Positions 10,717-20,678 are shown, counted from the stretch's first letter. The stretch: DNA of 33,799 nucleotides from a virus (IMGVR_UViG_2537561934_000004); one strand, 5' to 3'. The notes: a model not told the origin generated them from the letters alone. Made by a program: numbers and translations.

Positions 10717-11248
10717 TATCCTTTTCCTGATTCACATTGATATGTGCGGCAAATTCCGGGGTTTCGGCCGGGAGTTTCCAGGTCTGCCAGTGACGCTCGT
10801 AATCATCCAGCGAATCCATGTCCACCACGGACGGCAGCGGGGTAGTGCCACTCAACAGAACGCCGTAAAGCACCACGCCGGCATTGATACGGTTGTCGTC
10901 ACAAAGATTTCTGACCTGCGTCAGTCTCATCCCGGTGGTCTGGCCAAACGTCTGACCGTTAACACCGGCAATCAGTCGCTCCACAATCTGATAAATACCG
11001 GGCCGGTTTACCGGTTCCCCGTTCAGCAACTCCGCCACGACAAAAAATGCCCAGCGACTTTCAACTTCCCGACGCGTACGCCCCTCACCACAGCCCATCC
11101 ATGCCAGAAATACCGATGGCGGGGCCAGAAAGAGACGGTGTACATCCTCGTTAGTCCATGTGCCGGTAAGGGGTTCCACCTGCCGCAGGGTTGCCCCAAA
11201 CAACTCACGAACGCGCGCCAGCAGTGCGGCTTCGGTTTCTTCCAGCAT
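10700..11248 (-). CDS. Mu gp37 (K)-like tail completion protein
   Basis: 182-aa ORF in the head-tail joining block; start overlaps the stop of the upstream gene. Confidence 0.7.
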   Translation of the reverse strand: MLEETEAALLARVRELFGATLRQVEPLTGTWTNEDVHRLFLAPPSVFLAWMGCGEGRTRREVESRWAFFVVAELLNGEPVNRPGIYQIVERLIAGVNGQTFGQTTGMRLTQVRNLCDDNRINAGVVLYGVLLSGTTPLPSVVDMDSLDDYERHWQTWKLPAETPEFAAHINVNQEKDNDAEN

Positions 11249-11673
11249 CAGATAAACCCCTTCTGTTTTCGTGAAAAAACAGGTGGATCAGACTGAATCT
11301 GCACAAGATCCTCTCCCTCCGGAGAGGCTGCCGTCCTGCTTTCCACACCCGGATCTGTTTTGCCATCACGTACCTGTTCCAGCCAGCGCACCGTGTCCCT
11401 GTAAGTTGCGGTGATCTGCTCGGTGGGTTGTGATTCATTCAGATAAAACCAGGCCACCACGCAACACTGCCGTTTCAGCAGTGAGGGGACGACGGTAAGC
11501 GGCAGAACAAAGCGCGCGGCGAGATAGCCATCAATAAAGGCCGAGGCATCTGCCAGTGCCTGTTCTGCCACGGCATCATCCGGCTGCCCGTCCGCTGTTT
11601 TAGGGCGGGTGAGAATATCCAGCCGCGTACGTGTATAGCGGGCGCACAGGTCATTTACCGTCGCGTAATTCAT
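11248..11673 (-). CDS. Mu gp36 (J)-like head completion protein
   Basis: 141-aa ORF, translationally coupled (ATGA) to the upstream gene. Confidence 0.7.
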   Translation of the reverse strand: MNYATVNDLCARYTRTRLDILTRPKTADGQPDDAVAEQALADASAFIDGYLAARFVLPLTVVPSLLKRQCCVVAWFYLNESQPTEQITATYRDTVRWLEQVRDGKTDPGVESRTAASPEGEDLVQIQSDPPVFSRKQKGFI

Positions 11674-12080
11674 GCATCCGCCTCAGCCAGCGCCGCTTTG
11701 ATTTGCGCACTGCTCACCGGTTCCCCCAGCGCCGCACTGACGGCTTTCACTTTGGGTTCTCCCCCTGCGGTAAAGTGTTCCGGGTTTGCCTTATCCAGAC
11801 CGGCAAGGGTCGCACGGATACGGGCGTTCAGATCGCCCACACCCAGAACGTCCAGCCCCCCAGCCTCAGCGAGCGTTTCTGCTGACGATGCAGATACCAC
11901 AGACAGCACGCTGTCGGCACGAATGATCGCCAGTTGTTCTTCGGTGACTTCCACGGTGTTTTCGCCACGTGTAAAGGCGATTCCGGCGCGGCGGTAGACC
12001 GGACGAAGGCATTTAATAATCGCCGTGCAAGTGATGCGAGAAGTGTCCAGCCGTTGTGAATTAAGCGAAGTCCCTGACAT
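11670..12080 (-). CDS. Mu gp35-like virion protein
   Basis: 136-aa ORF directly downstream of the major head gene; AAGGAGG Shine-Dalgarno upstream. Confidence 0.6.
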   Translation of the reverse strand: MSGTSLNSQRLDTSRITCTAIIKCLRPVYRRAGIAFTRGENTVEVTEEQLAIIRADSVLSVVSASSAETLAEAGGLDVLGVGDLNARIRATLAGLDKANPEHFTAGGEPKVKAVSAALGEPVSSAQIKAALAEADA

Positions 12081-12114
12081 AACACATGCTCCTCCTTTTC
12101 CTTTATATCAGGTT

Positions 12115-12138
12115 AAAAGGCGGTCTGAACCGCCTTTT
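12115..12138 (-). terminator. Stem-loop immediately downstream of the major head gene (possible attenuator)
   Basis: AAAAGGCGG-TCTGAA-CCGCCTTTT: 9-bp GC-rich stem, with a T-run on the minus-strand transcript, located 9 nt after the head gene stop. Confidence 0.4.
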
Positions 12139-12146
12139 AATGACGG

Positions 12147-13064
12147 TTACAGGTAGTCAGCGACAACCAGTTGCAGCTTGCCCTTCATCTCGTTGGAGAC
12201 GGTGGTATTGCCATCCGCGAACAGTTCACGGTTAAGCAGTTGCTCTGCGGCTTTTTCCAGCCCGACCGGTACAACGATATGCGTCGGCTTCAGGCCCAGC
12301 TTCTTACCGCCATCACCTTCAAAAGAGCGCATCAGTTGCCAGCCCTTCCAGAGGTTATCCAGCGTCAGATCGCCTTTTACCGCGACAGCCATCTGCCAGA
12401 AGCCGTAACCGGCAGCACGCCGGGCGCTGGCACCAAACAGGAACTCGTTATCCATAAAAACGTGGTCGTCATCGATACGGGTACGTGCGACCAGTTCGGG
12501 TTTGCGGCGCTCCTGGAAAATCAGCGGTTTGACTGCGCGGGAGCAGTCCAGCAGATAGAACGGCAGACCACTGAAGCTGTCCTGTTCAACGATGTTAGAG
12601 GTATTCTTTACGTCGCCCGTGCCGTCCACATTCGGATATACCGGATGCTCCTTGTCGAAGAAGTTCTGACCGTCATAGCAGTGCTGGGTAAAGCCATCTT
12701 TCAGAAGTTTAAAAATCAGCTCATCCGGCTGAACTGCCGCAGAACGCCCCATCTCCTGAAAAATCGGCGCATAAATACCCAGATTGTCATCCTCGAAGTC
12801 ATCACGGGAAATACCCACGGTGCCTTCAAACGTTTTATTGGCGATGGAGTAGCCATGCGCTTGCATTTGCTGAATGGTTCGCTTACCCACCCATTCTTTC
12901 AGGGTCGGGAATTTACCCAGCCAGCCATAGGTATTGCTGCGGGTGGAAGAGTTCACCGCCATTGCAATTCTGCTGTACTGCGACGGGGCGTCTTCAAGAC
13001 CGCCCTGAAAATCCTTACGCCAGGAGGTCATCAGGGCTTTAATGGATGCCGGGGTGACAATCAT
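12147..13064 (-). CDS. T: Major head subunit (Mu T-like)
   Basis: 305-aa ORF directly downstream of the protease/scaffold gene (ATGA overlap); size matches Mu T. Confidence 0.85.
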   Translation of the reverse strand: MIVTPASIKALMTSWRKDFQGGLEDAPSQYSRIAMAVNSSTRSNTYGWLGKFPTLKEWVGKRTIQQMQAHGYSIANKTFEGTVGISRDDFEDDNLGIYAPIFQEMGRSAAVQPDELIFKLLKDGFTQHCYDGQNFFDKEHPVYPNVDGTGDVKNTSNIVEQDSFSGLPFYLLDCSRAVKPLIFQERRKPELVARTRIDDDHVFMDNEFLFGASARRAAGYGFWQMAVAVKGDLTLDNLWKGWQLMRSFEGDGGKKLGLKPTHIVVPVGLEKAAEQLLNRELFADGNTTVSNEMKGKLQLVVADYL

Positions 13065-14146
13065 TTTTCTTGTTCCTGTTTCATTTTCAGATACTCAGCC
13101 TCAGTAATGCCGAGCGCCTTCACTGCTGCCTGTTCATCAGCAGACAGCACCGCCACCGCCGGTTTTTCCTGTGACGGTTTTTTCGCTGTGGTGGTCTGCA
13201 TGGCAGATAACGCAGCGATGGGCTGTTTTTCCTCAAGCTGTGCCGACAGTGCCGCCACGCCAATCTGACCGCCAAGCTGTTCCAGGTAAGTGCGTTCGCT
13301 TTTGAAAATGCGGCCTTCCTGTTCCGCCTTGTCCAGAACGGCGCTCAGGCTGGCTGCGGCGCTTTGTGCAGTCGCCTGTGCCAGTTCATCACGCAGGGCG
13401 TTGTAGCTTTCCACCGGGACGTATTTCGTCAGGTCAACGGCGGCTTTCTGTGCCTTTTCCAGTTCGGCGGATAACGACGCCACTTTTCCGGCATCTGTTT
13501 CGAGTGCATCAAGCGCACTCAGGGCCGCACTGGCCTGTTCATCGGTGATGTCTGCATTTTCGGGGACCGTCACTCCAAGACGCGCAAGCAGCTTGCGCAG
13601 CGTTTCATTCATGGGTTTGTTCTCCTGTTGAAGGATGTCGGGAAGGTCTGCCGCCAGTGCGGTCAGCTTTTTCATGCCGGTGGCACCGGGGTCATTGGTC
13701 AGCGCAGCAAGGCGGATTTGCAGCACCGCACCGGTGGCGGTGTCATACGGAAAAACCGCAGAGAGATAACCAAATTCGCCGTCATCGATGCGCTGCTGCG
13801 CCGCCGCCGTCCAGCGTGGGTGGATAAATAATCCTTCACCTTCACGCCACTGCATTTCATCGGCGTTAAACCAGCCAGCCGCGACGAGTTGTTCCGGGGG
13901 TAATCCTTTGTCCTTACGTAGCTGGTTATGCTCGTAATCAATCAGTACGTCCTGGTTGAGCGCGCGAACGCCTTCAACCAGACGCCCGGCAATCTCACCG
14001 TCGATGAACCACCCCTGACCACCTGTCACATCAAACGGGCGACCATCACGGGCACTGAAATGACCGGCAGGCAATAGCTGGCACCAGCCGTCATCGTCAA
14101 TGGACAGCGCACTCAGTGCGGCAATGCCAATCGCGTGTTTTTTCAT
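13061..14146 (-). CDS. I: Prohead protease/scaffold protein (Mu I-like)
   Basis: 361-aa ORF with a globular N-terminal half and an Ala/Gln/Glu-rich predicted coiled-coil C-terminal half, as expected for a protease-scaffold fusion. Confidence 0.85.
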   Translation of the reverse strand: MKKHAIGIAALSALSIDDDGWCQLLPAGHFSARDGRPFDVTGGQGWFIDGEIAGRLVEGVRALNQDVLIDYEHNQLRKDKGLPPEQLVAAGWFNADEMQWREGEGLFIHPRWTAAAQQRIDDGEFGYLSAVFPYDTATGAVLQIRLAALTNDPGATGMKKLTALAADLPDILQQENKPMNETLRKLLARLGVTVPENADITDEQASAALSALDALETDAGKVASLSAELEKAQKAAVDLTKYVPVESYNALRDELAQATAQSAAASLSAVLDKAEQEGRIFKSERTYLEQLGGQIGVAALSAQLEEKQPIAALSAMQTTTAKKPSQEKPAVAVLSADEQAAVKALGITEAEYLKMKQEQEK

Positions 14147-14342
14147 GTCCTGCTGCTCATCATGGTTTGTGAGCAGTCAGTTTGCGGGAGGTGCGGGAAA
14201 ATCTGGGGTTATGCTATTTGAGTACTGGAGAAAGAAAGTGGAAGGAAGATAAAACGGGATTCATACACCGTTAAATACCGGTTTAAAAATCCCGTGGCGC
14301 GTTTTAAAAAATCTGTGCAGCTGATTTTATGCCTGATTCTGT
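14147..14342. promoter_or_regulatory. G-I intergenic region: predicted late promoter (P_I) and candidate central strong gyrase site
   Basis: 196-bp non-coding gap, the largest in the late region, about 18 kb from the left end, where Mu carries its central gyrase site between G and I. No motif was confirmed. Confidence 0.4.
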
Positions 14343-14813
14343 TTATTGCCTCAGAGCGGCGCTGACGCGTTTTCTGATGGCATCAAAAATTTCCTGTTCC
14401 CCGGTCTTATCCAGCCCCATATAAGGACGCGCAGGAACGCCTGCCGGGCGGGGTGCCATATCGGGTGTACCGCCCCACTGATGAATGGCAGCATAAATTT
14501 TTGGCGAACCAATCAGGGCATAATCCTGTCCATAATCGGTGGTAATACTGCGTGCCAGATCGCCATGCAGGGTAAGAATACTGCCCGGAACAAAACCATG
14601 ATCCTGACGCCATGCCTGCCACGAATCGCTCCATGCTTCCCAGCCTTTCCCTGTATCCGGATCTGCCTGCCGTTCAAATGCCTGTTCCGTGGATGACAGC
14701 AGCGCCGCAGACATCACACGGGGAATGGCGCGGTCACGTGTGACGGTTCCCAGTTCATCCAGCGCAAGCTGAATACGTCGCACATCCACGGCAACGTTCA
14801 TATCAAGACTCAC
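14343..14813 (-). CDS. G: Virion morphogenesis protein (Mu G-like)
   Basis: 156-aa ORF, ATGA-coupled to the upstream gene; size matches Mu G. Confidence 0.8.
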   Translation of the reverse strand: MSLDMNVAVDVRRIQLALDELGTVTRDRAIPRVMSAALLSSTEQAFERQADPDTGKGWEAWSDSWQAWRQDHGFVPGSILTLHGDLARSITTDYGQDYALIGSPKIYAAIHQWGGTPDMAPRPAGVPARPYMGLDKTGEQEIFDAIRKRVSAALRQ

Positions 14814-16165
14814 TTATTCACCTCCACATGCCCCTCCAGTACGTCAATCATCCCGTCAGCAATCGCGGCTTCAAGCGACTGTGCAGATACGCGGCTGATA
14901 CTGACCAGCACATCCGCCCGGTCATTCTGTTTGCTGACAGCCTGCGATGTTCTGACCACAACTTTTGCAGTGCCGTCGCGGGTTGCCACAACATACAGCA
15001 ACTGGTGGTTCTCCCTGTCCCACAATACCGCCTGTGGTTTTGCCATCAGCGACGGCAGACGCTGTAAATCTTCCGGTTTCAGGGCGGCATCAGCAGTGGT
15101 CGCCAGACTTTTCCCGTTCATCACAAGCAGACGGGCTGGCATATTCCCGGTGCGCTGATGTACGGCTTCAGCCACGGATCCCGTCATAAAACCCAGCGCC
15201 CGGATTTCATGACCGGTCTGACGTGATCCTGCCAGGCGTTTAAGCCAGAGGGAAAAAGCAAGCTGACGCTCCCGGCTGTTATTCAGCGTCTGCACAACCT
15301 GCTCACGCAGCTGCGCGTCGTGAATTTCCACCAGTTTTCGAATCAGTGCCTGATCCGTACCAAATGCTGCCGAACCGGGGTTATATGACCAGCCCACATC
15401 CGGCGTCATTTTTACCTGACCGTTGTCAAACGTGGTTGACGATGTGCGGAAAATCTCGCCGGTGCTTTCATCCGTACCGGCATCCACTTCGCGGGTATTC
15501 ATGAATGACGCACCATAACTGACCTGTAGCCCCAGTTCTTTCATGCGGGCCGCAGACAGCGCCCGGACGCGACAGCGGCAGCGCCAGCCGTTCGGCGGGT
15601 AATGCGTCTGCCAGAAAATGTCGTCATACCGGAAAACCACATTGTGCAGCCGCGCATGTTCCGGGCGCGTTCTGCTGTCCATAACGGCGACATACTGCCA
15701 GTACGGATACAGGTCCGCCGTGTTCATCATCTGCGCATAACGTCCCGCCGCATATGCTGTACGGGTGTTGACGTCATAAATGGTTGCCAGACGACGCGGA
15801 CTGCCCAGCTCAATTTTCTTCGCGTTTCCGTCTGTATCCACGATGATTTGTTTTCCCCACCATCCGAGTTTTTGCAGCCGGGGGGCCAGTGTGCGGGTAA
15901 ATTCCTCACGGGTGATACCTTCACTGACAGCCCGCTCCACTTCCTCACGGATTGTGGTCAGTACATCCATCCGGGTGGCTTTGGCAACGGTAAAGGCGCG
16001 GGCGTGCGCGTCTGCCAGTTGTTCGTACCAGTTCCAGGTGATGTTGTAGCCTTTGGCGCGGAAATACGCGACAGCCTCCTTTGGCGGGAGGCGTGCGGCA
16101 TACGCCAGATCAATGGTCTGCTGCGGCATCCAGACGCCCCCATATATCGGCAACAAAAATGGCAC
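14810..16165 (-). CDS. F: Head morphogenesis / minor head protein (Mu F-like)
   Basis: 451-aa ORF downstream of portal. The first ATG overlaps the portal 3' end by 56 nt; an alternative ATG at 16129 gives a 20-nt overlap. Confidence 0.8.
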   Translation of the reverse strand: MPFLLPIYGGVWMPQQTIDLAYAARLPPKEAVAYFRAKGYNITWNWYEQLADAHARAFTVAKATRMDVLTTIREEVERAVSEGITREEFTRTLAPRLQKLGWWGKQIIVDTDGNAKKIELGSPRRLATIYDVNTRTAYAAGRYAQMMNTADLYPYWQYVAVMDSRTRPEHARLHNVVFRYDDIFWQTHYPPNGWRCRCRVRALSAARMKELGLQVSYGASFMNTREVDAGTDESTGEIFRTSSTTFDNGQVKMTPDVGWSYNPGSAAFGTDQALIRKLVEIHDAQLREQVVQTLNNSRERQLAFSLWLKRLAGSRQTGHEIRALGFMTGSVAEAVHQRTGNMPARLLVMNGKSLATTADAALKPEDLQRLPSLMAKPQAVLWDRENHQLLYVVATRDGTAKVVVRTSQAVSKQNDRADVLVSISRVSAQSLEAAIADGMIDVLEGHVEVNK

Positions 16166-17648
16166 GGGTCAGCATGTCGATAAGTTCTGCATCATCCATC
16201 TGCGGATATAATGAAGCGGCTTTGTTCATGGCGGCTTCCGGGCCATCTTTCAGCACAGAAAAAATGACGGGTTTCAGCAGGGGATCAACCGAACGCTGCC
16301 AGTCTTCCGGTGACACGCCCATCCGGTCGATATCATCCTCCTGCGGGATATCTTCAGCGGATAATGCGGCTTCTTTCTGCGGACCGTTATCCGGGACAAC
16401 CGGTTGAGCAGTAAACACGGCTTCGTCACCGACCGGCTGTGGAATATGGAGTTTTTCCTGTATCCAGGAGACCGGAATACGCATTCCCGCCGCCAGTTTC
16501 GGAATGGCGTCAGACAGTGCCGTAATATCACCCGCTTCACTGGTATCAAACACAATGCCCGGCAGGCGGTTAATATCAATGGTGCTGTCACTGTTCAGTG
16601 CCAGCAGGGGATAAATCAGGTCACGGTTAATACTGCGGGCAAGCTGGCCCACATCCGCGTTACGGATTTCCCGGCGAACCTCATCATGCACTTCACCCAG
16701 CGACCGTGCACCTTTATCGCCGGCCTCTGTGGTCAGGGTGCCGCCCAGAATGGCTTTTGAAATCGCTTTTTCTGCCCAGCCAATCATCGCCATAAAGGGG
16801 TCTGACTGACCATCTGCGGCGCTCTGAAAATCCAGCGTCATCCCCATCGGAATAATGCCACCGGCACGTCGCCCGATATCCATCACGGCCTGCATCAGCG
16901 TGGCTTTCTCACGGTTCGTGGAGCCGGTCGGATATTTACCGACGCGCATGGGGAGTCCGTAAATTTCCAGAAACTCTGCAAAATCACGCACGGAATAGTT
17001 TTTAAAAATAAAAGGCCAGATAAGCGTGCGCACAAGGCCATTGGTGCCAACGTACCCGGTGCGGGATTTGGCCCGGTGCATAAACCAGCCGAACGGTTGC
17101 AGCTCCAGCCCGTGATAAGACGCATCACACAGGCGTAATTCGTTCAGATTGTCGGGGTTCGCACAGAACAGCGCCGGATCGCGATGATGCAGCGCCACCG
17201 GCACGCGCATTTTGCCCAGCCATCCCCATTCAATCTCCTGCATGGAATAACCCTTGAGAATGGCATCACCGGCATCAAACAGGGCATCTTCAAACCACGC
17301 CGCATCATGCAGATATTCATTCAGCATGTCGGCGTCTTTTTTCTCCTGTGCGCTGGCATCACGTGCCGGAGCGATGCGCCATTCCAGCGCCTGAATGGCA
17401 AGCCGGCGTTTGCTCAGTTCGGAAAAAAGGTGGGTGTCCTTTTCTTCCATATCAAAGGCCAGGTCAGCCTGTGCGGTCAGATCACCGCGTTCGGCATCAC
17501 GCAGCATCTGCGCGGCCCGGTTCGGCGTCACACCACTGGAAGGATGCTCCTGCGTACGCTTCATGACCATTGCCAGCTCATCGCTGCGGGTCTGCATTTC
17601 ATCGTCAAAATCAAACGGCTGCCCGGAAATATCCAGAATACGGCCCAT
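16110..17648 (-). CDS. H: Portal protein (Mu H-like)
   Basis: 512-aa ORF directly downstream of the terminase large subunit. Confidence 0.85.
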   Translation of the reverse strand: MGRILDISGQPFDFDDEMQTRSDELAMVMKRTQEHPSSGVTPNRAAQMLRDAERGDLTAQADLAFDMEEKDTHLFSELSKRRLAIQALEWRIAPARDASAQEKKDADMLNEYLHDAAWFEDALFDAGDAILKGYSMQEIEWGWLGKMRVPVALHHRDPALFCANPDNLNELRLCDASYHGLELQPFGWFMHRAKSRTGYVGTNGLVRTLIWPFIFKNYSVRDFAEFLEIYGLPMRVGKYPTGSTNREKATLMQAVMDIGRRAGGIIPMGMTLDFQSAADGQSDPFMAMIGWAEKAISKAILGGTLTTEAGDKGARSLGEVHDEVRREIRNADVGQLARSINRDLIYPLLALNSDSTIDINRLPGIVFDTSEAGDITALSDAIPKLAAGMRIPVSWIQEKLHIPQPVGDEAVFTAQPVVPDNGPQKEAALSAEDIPQEDDIDRMGVSPEDWQRSVDPLLKPVIFSVLKDGPEAAMNKAASLYPQMDDAELIDMLTRAIFVADIWGRLDAAADH

Positions 17649-19303
17649 TACCAGCCCCCTCGTTCAAACTGGTGATAATCATCAAAATCATCGTTATCAA
17701 CATCATCACCACGGTGGCGTGGTGGTAGCGGACGAACGCTGTCCTCGTCGATAACAAAACCATTCATATAAGACGCCCTGACAGCCATACAGAGCGCCAC
17801 GGCAAAGTCGCCATGTCGTCGGCCTTTACCACCTTCATCTTTTGTGCGCCCCTTATCAATCTGCGGAATACCTTTGTCCACCTTGATGTGGAGCAGGTCA
17901 TCAAGTGTGGTCTGGTGCCGGGCAATCGTGATGTTCTGCGCCTCAAACTCGCCTTTCAGTTTGGGCATCCACTCCTGATACCAGGATGCGGTCAGATTCA
18001 CACAGTCGATCATCTCCGGGCCATAAATCAGACGGGCGGCTTCTGCCAGATAACCGCCGTTACCGGTGGCATCAAATGCAGCGCCGGTAAAACGGGGCAA
18101 ACGGGACAGAATGAATAAAAGGATTTGTCGCTGCTGGTCATAGGTCACATTACGCAGCTCCACGCGGAAACATTCGCGTTTGCGTAAGTCAGGCGTGATG
18201 GCAAGCGGCACAAACACCGTCAGGTCGCCACGGCGTGCAAAGTCTTCGCCCAGTACGTGTTTATTGAGCGGCGACAGCGCATCGAGCAACGGGAGCAGCT
18301 CCTGTTCACACCAGTCCTGAACGATGCCGTGGCGCATTTGTGGTGTCAGCGATTCAAAATCGTCCGGGGCTTCAAAACGCAGAACCGGGATATCCCGCGC
18401 GGGTGTCATGGCAGCTTCAATCAGCACGCGTGACAGATAAGCGCCCCCGGATTTTTTAGGAATGCAGCCGTATTCCTCGTCGGCGCTCTCTTTATTCGGC
18501 GCATTCCGGTACAGGCCATCACGCCAGGCTTTTTCCGCTTCCGGCGACCACGGCTGATTCGTGACGTAACAGATACGCCGGTACAACCCGTCAGCGATGG
18601 CATCATCCAGCGTGATGCGGTGAACGCTGTAATCCTTGCGCCCCTCGCGCGCATCCTGAATGTACTGGTTAAACAGGTTATCGACGCCGTTATGTGTCGA
18701 TATGATGCGCACGCTGGCACCCCACATGTTTAGTGCAAAGGCCGCTTTCAGCAGTTCGTCCAGGGCTTCATGGAATGCCGCCTCATCAATCACCACGTCC
18801 CCCTGCAAACCACGCAGGTTAGACGGACGGCTTGACAGCGCCTGTATCTTAAATCCGCTGTTCGGAAAGCGGATCATGTAGGTGAGGATTTCTTCTTTTT
18901 TGTCGCTGTCCCAGAAGGTCTGCTCCCAGACGTCAGCCTTTGCCAGCTGGTTAAAGGCGCGGGCAAACAGGGCACAGGCGGCGATGTATTCCAGCGCCAT
19001 TTCCTGACGGGAACCCACATAAAAGACGTTGCGACCACCGCGACGCTTCGGCTTTGCGGCCGTCATGACATTGCGGCCCGCTTCAGCCCATGTCAGACCG
19101 GTACGACGGGATTTTTCAGCGATGCAAATCTGGCTTTCATCCTCAAACCAGCGGCGCTGATAGCCCAGAAAAACCGGTTCATTGCGGGGCTGTGCTTCCC
19201 CGATATCGGTCACGATATTCACGCCGAGCAGTCCGGCTTCCTCACGCAGGTTGATTTTGCGGGGCGCATGAAGGGCTTTAAGATTGTTTTCTCTGGTGTT
19301 CAT
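17648..19303 (-). CDS. Terminase large subunit
   Basis: ORF-track frame 17648..19495, started here at the internal ATG 19303 (MNTRENNLK...), just downstream of the small-subunit stop (19311), giving 552 aa. The upstream 64 codons overlap the preceding gene and look non-coding. Confidence 0.85.
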   Translation of the reverse strand: MNTRENNLKALHAPRKINLREEAGLLGVNIVTDIGEAQPRNEPVFLGYQRRWFEDESQICIAEKSRRTGLTWAEAGRNVMTAAKPKRRGGRNVFYVGSRQEMALEYIAACALFARAFNQLAKADVWEQTFWDSDKKEEILTYMIRFPNSGFKIQALSSRPSNLRGLQGDVVIDEAAFHEALDELLKAAFALNMWGASVRIISTHNGVDNLFNQYIQDAREGRKDYSVHRITLDDAIADGLYRRICYVTNQPWSPEAEKAWRDGLYRNAPNKESADEEYGCIPKKSGGAYLSRVLIEAAMTPARDIPVLRFEAPDDFESLTPQMRHGIVQDWCEQELLPLLDALSPLNKHVLGEDFARRGDLTVFVPLAITPDLRKRECFRVELRNVTYDQQRQILLFILSRLPRFTGAAFDATGNGGYLAEAARLIYGPEMIDCVNLTASWYQEWMPKLKGEFEAQNITIARHQTTLDDLLHIKVDKGIPQIDKGRTKDEGGKGRRHGDFAVALCMAVRASYMNGFVIDEDSVRPLPPRHRGDDVDNDDFDDYHQFERGGW

Positions 19304-19310
19304 AACCCTC

Positions 19311-19901
19311 TCATGCCTTACCCAGCAGCACATCACGGATACGCTGCTCCAGCTCTTCGCTGATGCCATCCTGCCCGCGCAGTTCTTCACTGACGGCGTT
19401 TGCCGCTTCTTCTGCGAATGCCTGGCGGATTTCTTTCTCGCGCCGGTGGCTGGACATTGCCGTGGATTCCAGACGCTGTGCCGCCAGCATGGCATTTTTC
19501 AGCAGGTCAATATCCACGTCAGATTCCGGGTTTTCGATTTGCCGCATCATGGCCTTAAAAAGCTGGCTGCGGGCCATTTCCAGAATCAGCTTTGTGGTTT
19601 CTCCCATTGGCTTGTCGCCAAGTTCTGCGGTCAGTGCTGACGTCATTTCACGCATCTGTCGCAGGTTATGGCCTACCTGCTCGACGTTCGTCGCGTAACG
19701 GTTCAGACCGGAACGGGAGAGTTTCATCTCATCCGGCAGGCCTGCGTCTTCAATCAGTGCGTTAATTTCTTCCAGAATGCGGGCCTGTGGGATCGCTTTA
19801 TCACGCAGCATTTCATGCAGCGTTTTACGTACGTTTTCCGGCAGTAAATCCACTTTTGAAGCCCGGCCCCGTGTTTTCCTGTCCATCACGCCTCCTGTCA
19901 T
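19311..19901 (-). CDS. Terminase small subunit-like protein (Mu gp27 / D-like)
   Basis: 196-aa basic/acidic ORF immediately upstream of the large terminase subunit. Confidence 0.7.
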   Translation of the reverse strand: MTGGVMDRKTRGRASKVDLLPENVRKTLHEMLRDKAIPQARILEEINALIEDAGLPDEMKLSRSGLNRYATNVEQVGHNLRQMREMTSALTAELGDKPMGETTKLILEMARSQLFKAMMRQIENPESDVDIDLLKNAMLAAQRLESTAMSSHRREKEIRQAFAEEAANAVSEELRGQDGISEELEQRIRDVLLGKA

Positions 19902-20188
19902 GCACGGGGACGAGGACGCTTGACACCGGCAACGCGGGCACGACCTTCTGCCACATCCTGACCCCGGGAAGTCAGCGTTACGACATAAAAGCCGCGCAGG
20001 TTTTCCACGGTGACCAGTTGCTGCTCTGCCAGCCAGTCAATCTGGCCGCGAACCACATCGCGGGAAACGTTGTGTCCGTATGCATCCAGACAGTCCTGAA
20101 GGATGGATTCGTTGGCTTCGTTATTGCAGTCCATCAGGGAACGCAGGATGACCAGACGACGGTCTTCGGTCAGAATATCGTTAATCAT
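19898..20188 (-). CDS. Small protein (Mu gp26-like)
   Basis: 96-aa ORF, ATGA-coupled to the small terminase gene. Confidence 0.5.
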   Translation of the reverse strand: MINDILTEDRRLVILRSLMDCNNEANESILQDCLDAYGHNVSRDVVRGQIDWLAEQQLVTVENLRGFYVVTLTSRGQDVAEGRARVAGVKRPRPRA

Positions 20189-20484
20189 GAATTACTCCGG
20201 TTTACTGCGTTTTCAAGCAGCAGCTCCAGTTGATGGGAAAATGACTGCACCCGCTGGGACAGCACCCGGATATCACCGGACAGCTCTGCAATTCGCAGGC
20301 GCATTTCGTGTACATCTTCTGTGCCGGGGATGCTGGCGTAGCGGGTTTCCATTTCGGTCATCCGGTTTTCAAGACGCTCCACACGCTCGGTGCTGGCAAA
20401 ACTACGACGCATCGCCCAGACGGCCCCACCGGCCACAACAGGCAACAGGTAAGGCCATAACGCTAAAACTGAAATCAAATCCAT
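20185..20484 (-). CDS. N-terminally membrane-anchored coiled-coil protein (Mu gp25-like; candidate endolysin-release factor)
   Basis: Hydrophobic N-terminus (LISVLALWPYLLPVVAGGAVWA) followed by a predicted coiled coil. Likely start is the ATG at 20484, which abuts the upstream stop. Confidence 0.55.
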   Translation of the reverse strand: MDLISVLALWPYLLPVVAGGAVWAMRRSFASTERVERLENRMTEMETRYASIPGTEDVHEMRLRIAELSGDIRVLSQRVQSFSHQLELLLENAVNRSNS

Positions 20485-20678
20485 TATTCTGCTCCACGGC
20501 ACCAGTGGCAGTAGTTCGCCATCGGCTGCTGTCTCAGCACATCAGGCCGCAGCTCACGACCGCAACCGGCACACAATACAGGCGGGTCATACGCCGCCGG
20601 GCGGGGAATATCACGGGTATCCCCCTGCCAGAGTTCAGCGAGCAGCAGCGCCAGCGCCCGGTTCTGGTCTTCGTTCAT
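20484..20678 (-). CDS. TraR/DksA-type C4 zinc-finger protein
   Basis: 64-aa ORF with CAGCGRE...N17...CHWCRG (CxxC-N17-CxxC). Confidence 0.6.
   Translation of the reverse strand: MNEDQNRALALLLAELWQGDTRDIPRPAAYDPPVLCAGCGRELRPDVLRQQPMANYCHWCRGAE

Noticed and set aside
10526-11296. 256-aa plus-strand ORF beginning with a repeated peptide
   Set aside because: Antisense to the gp38-like and gp37-like genes; the repeated peptide is the antisense image of the 33-bp tandem duplication.
12171-13268. 365-aa plus-strand ORF
   Set aside because: Lies entirely antisense to the major head and protease/scaffold genes; low-complexity, Arg/Gly-rich translation and no ribosome-binding site. Shadow ORF of GC-rich coding DNA.
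19304-19495. 64-codon N-terminal extension of the terminase large-subunit ORF
   Set aside because: Overlaps the terminase small-subunit gene in another frame; Cys/Arg-rich and improbable. The internal ATG at 19303 sits right after the small-subunit stop.
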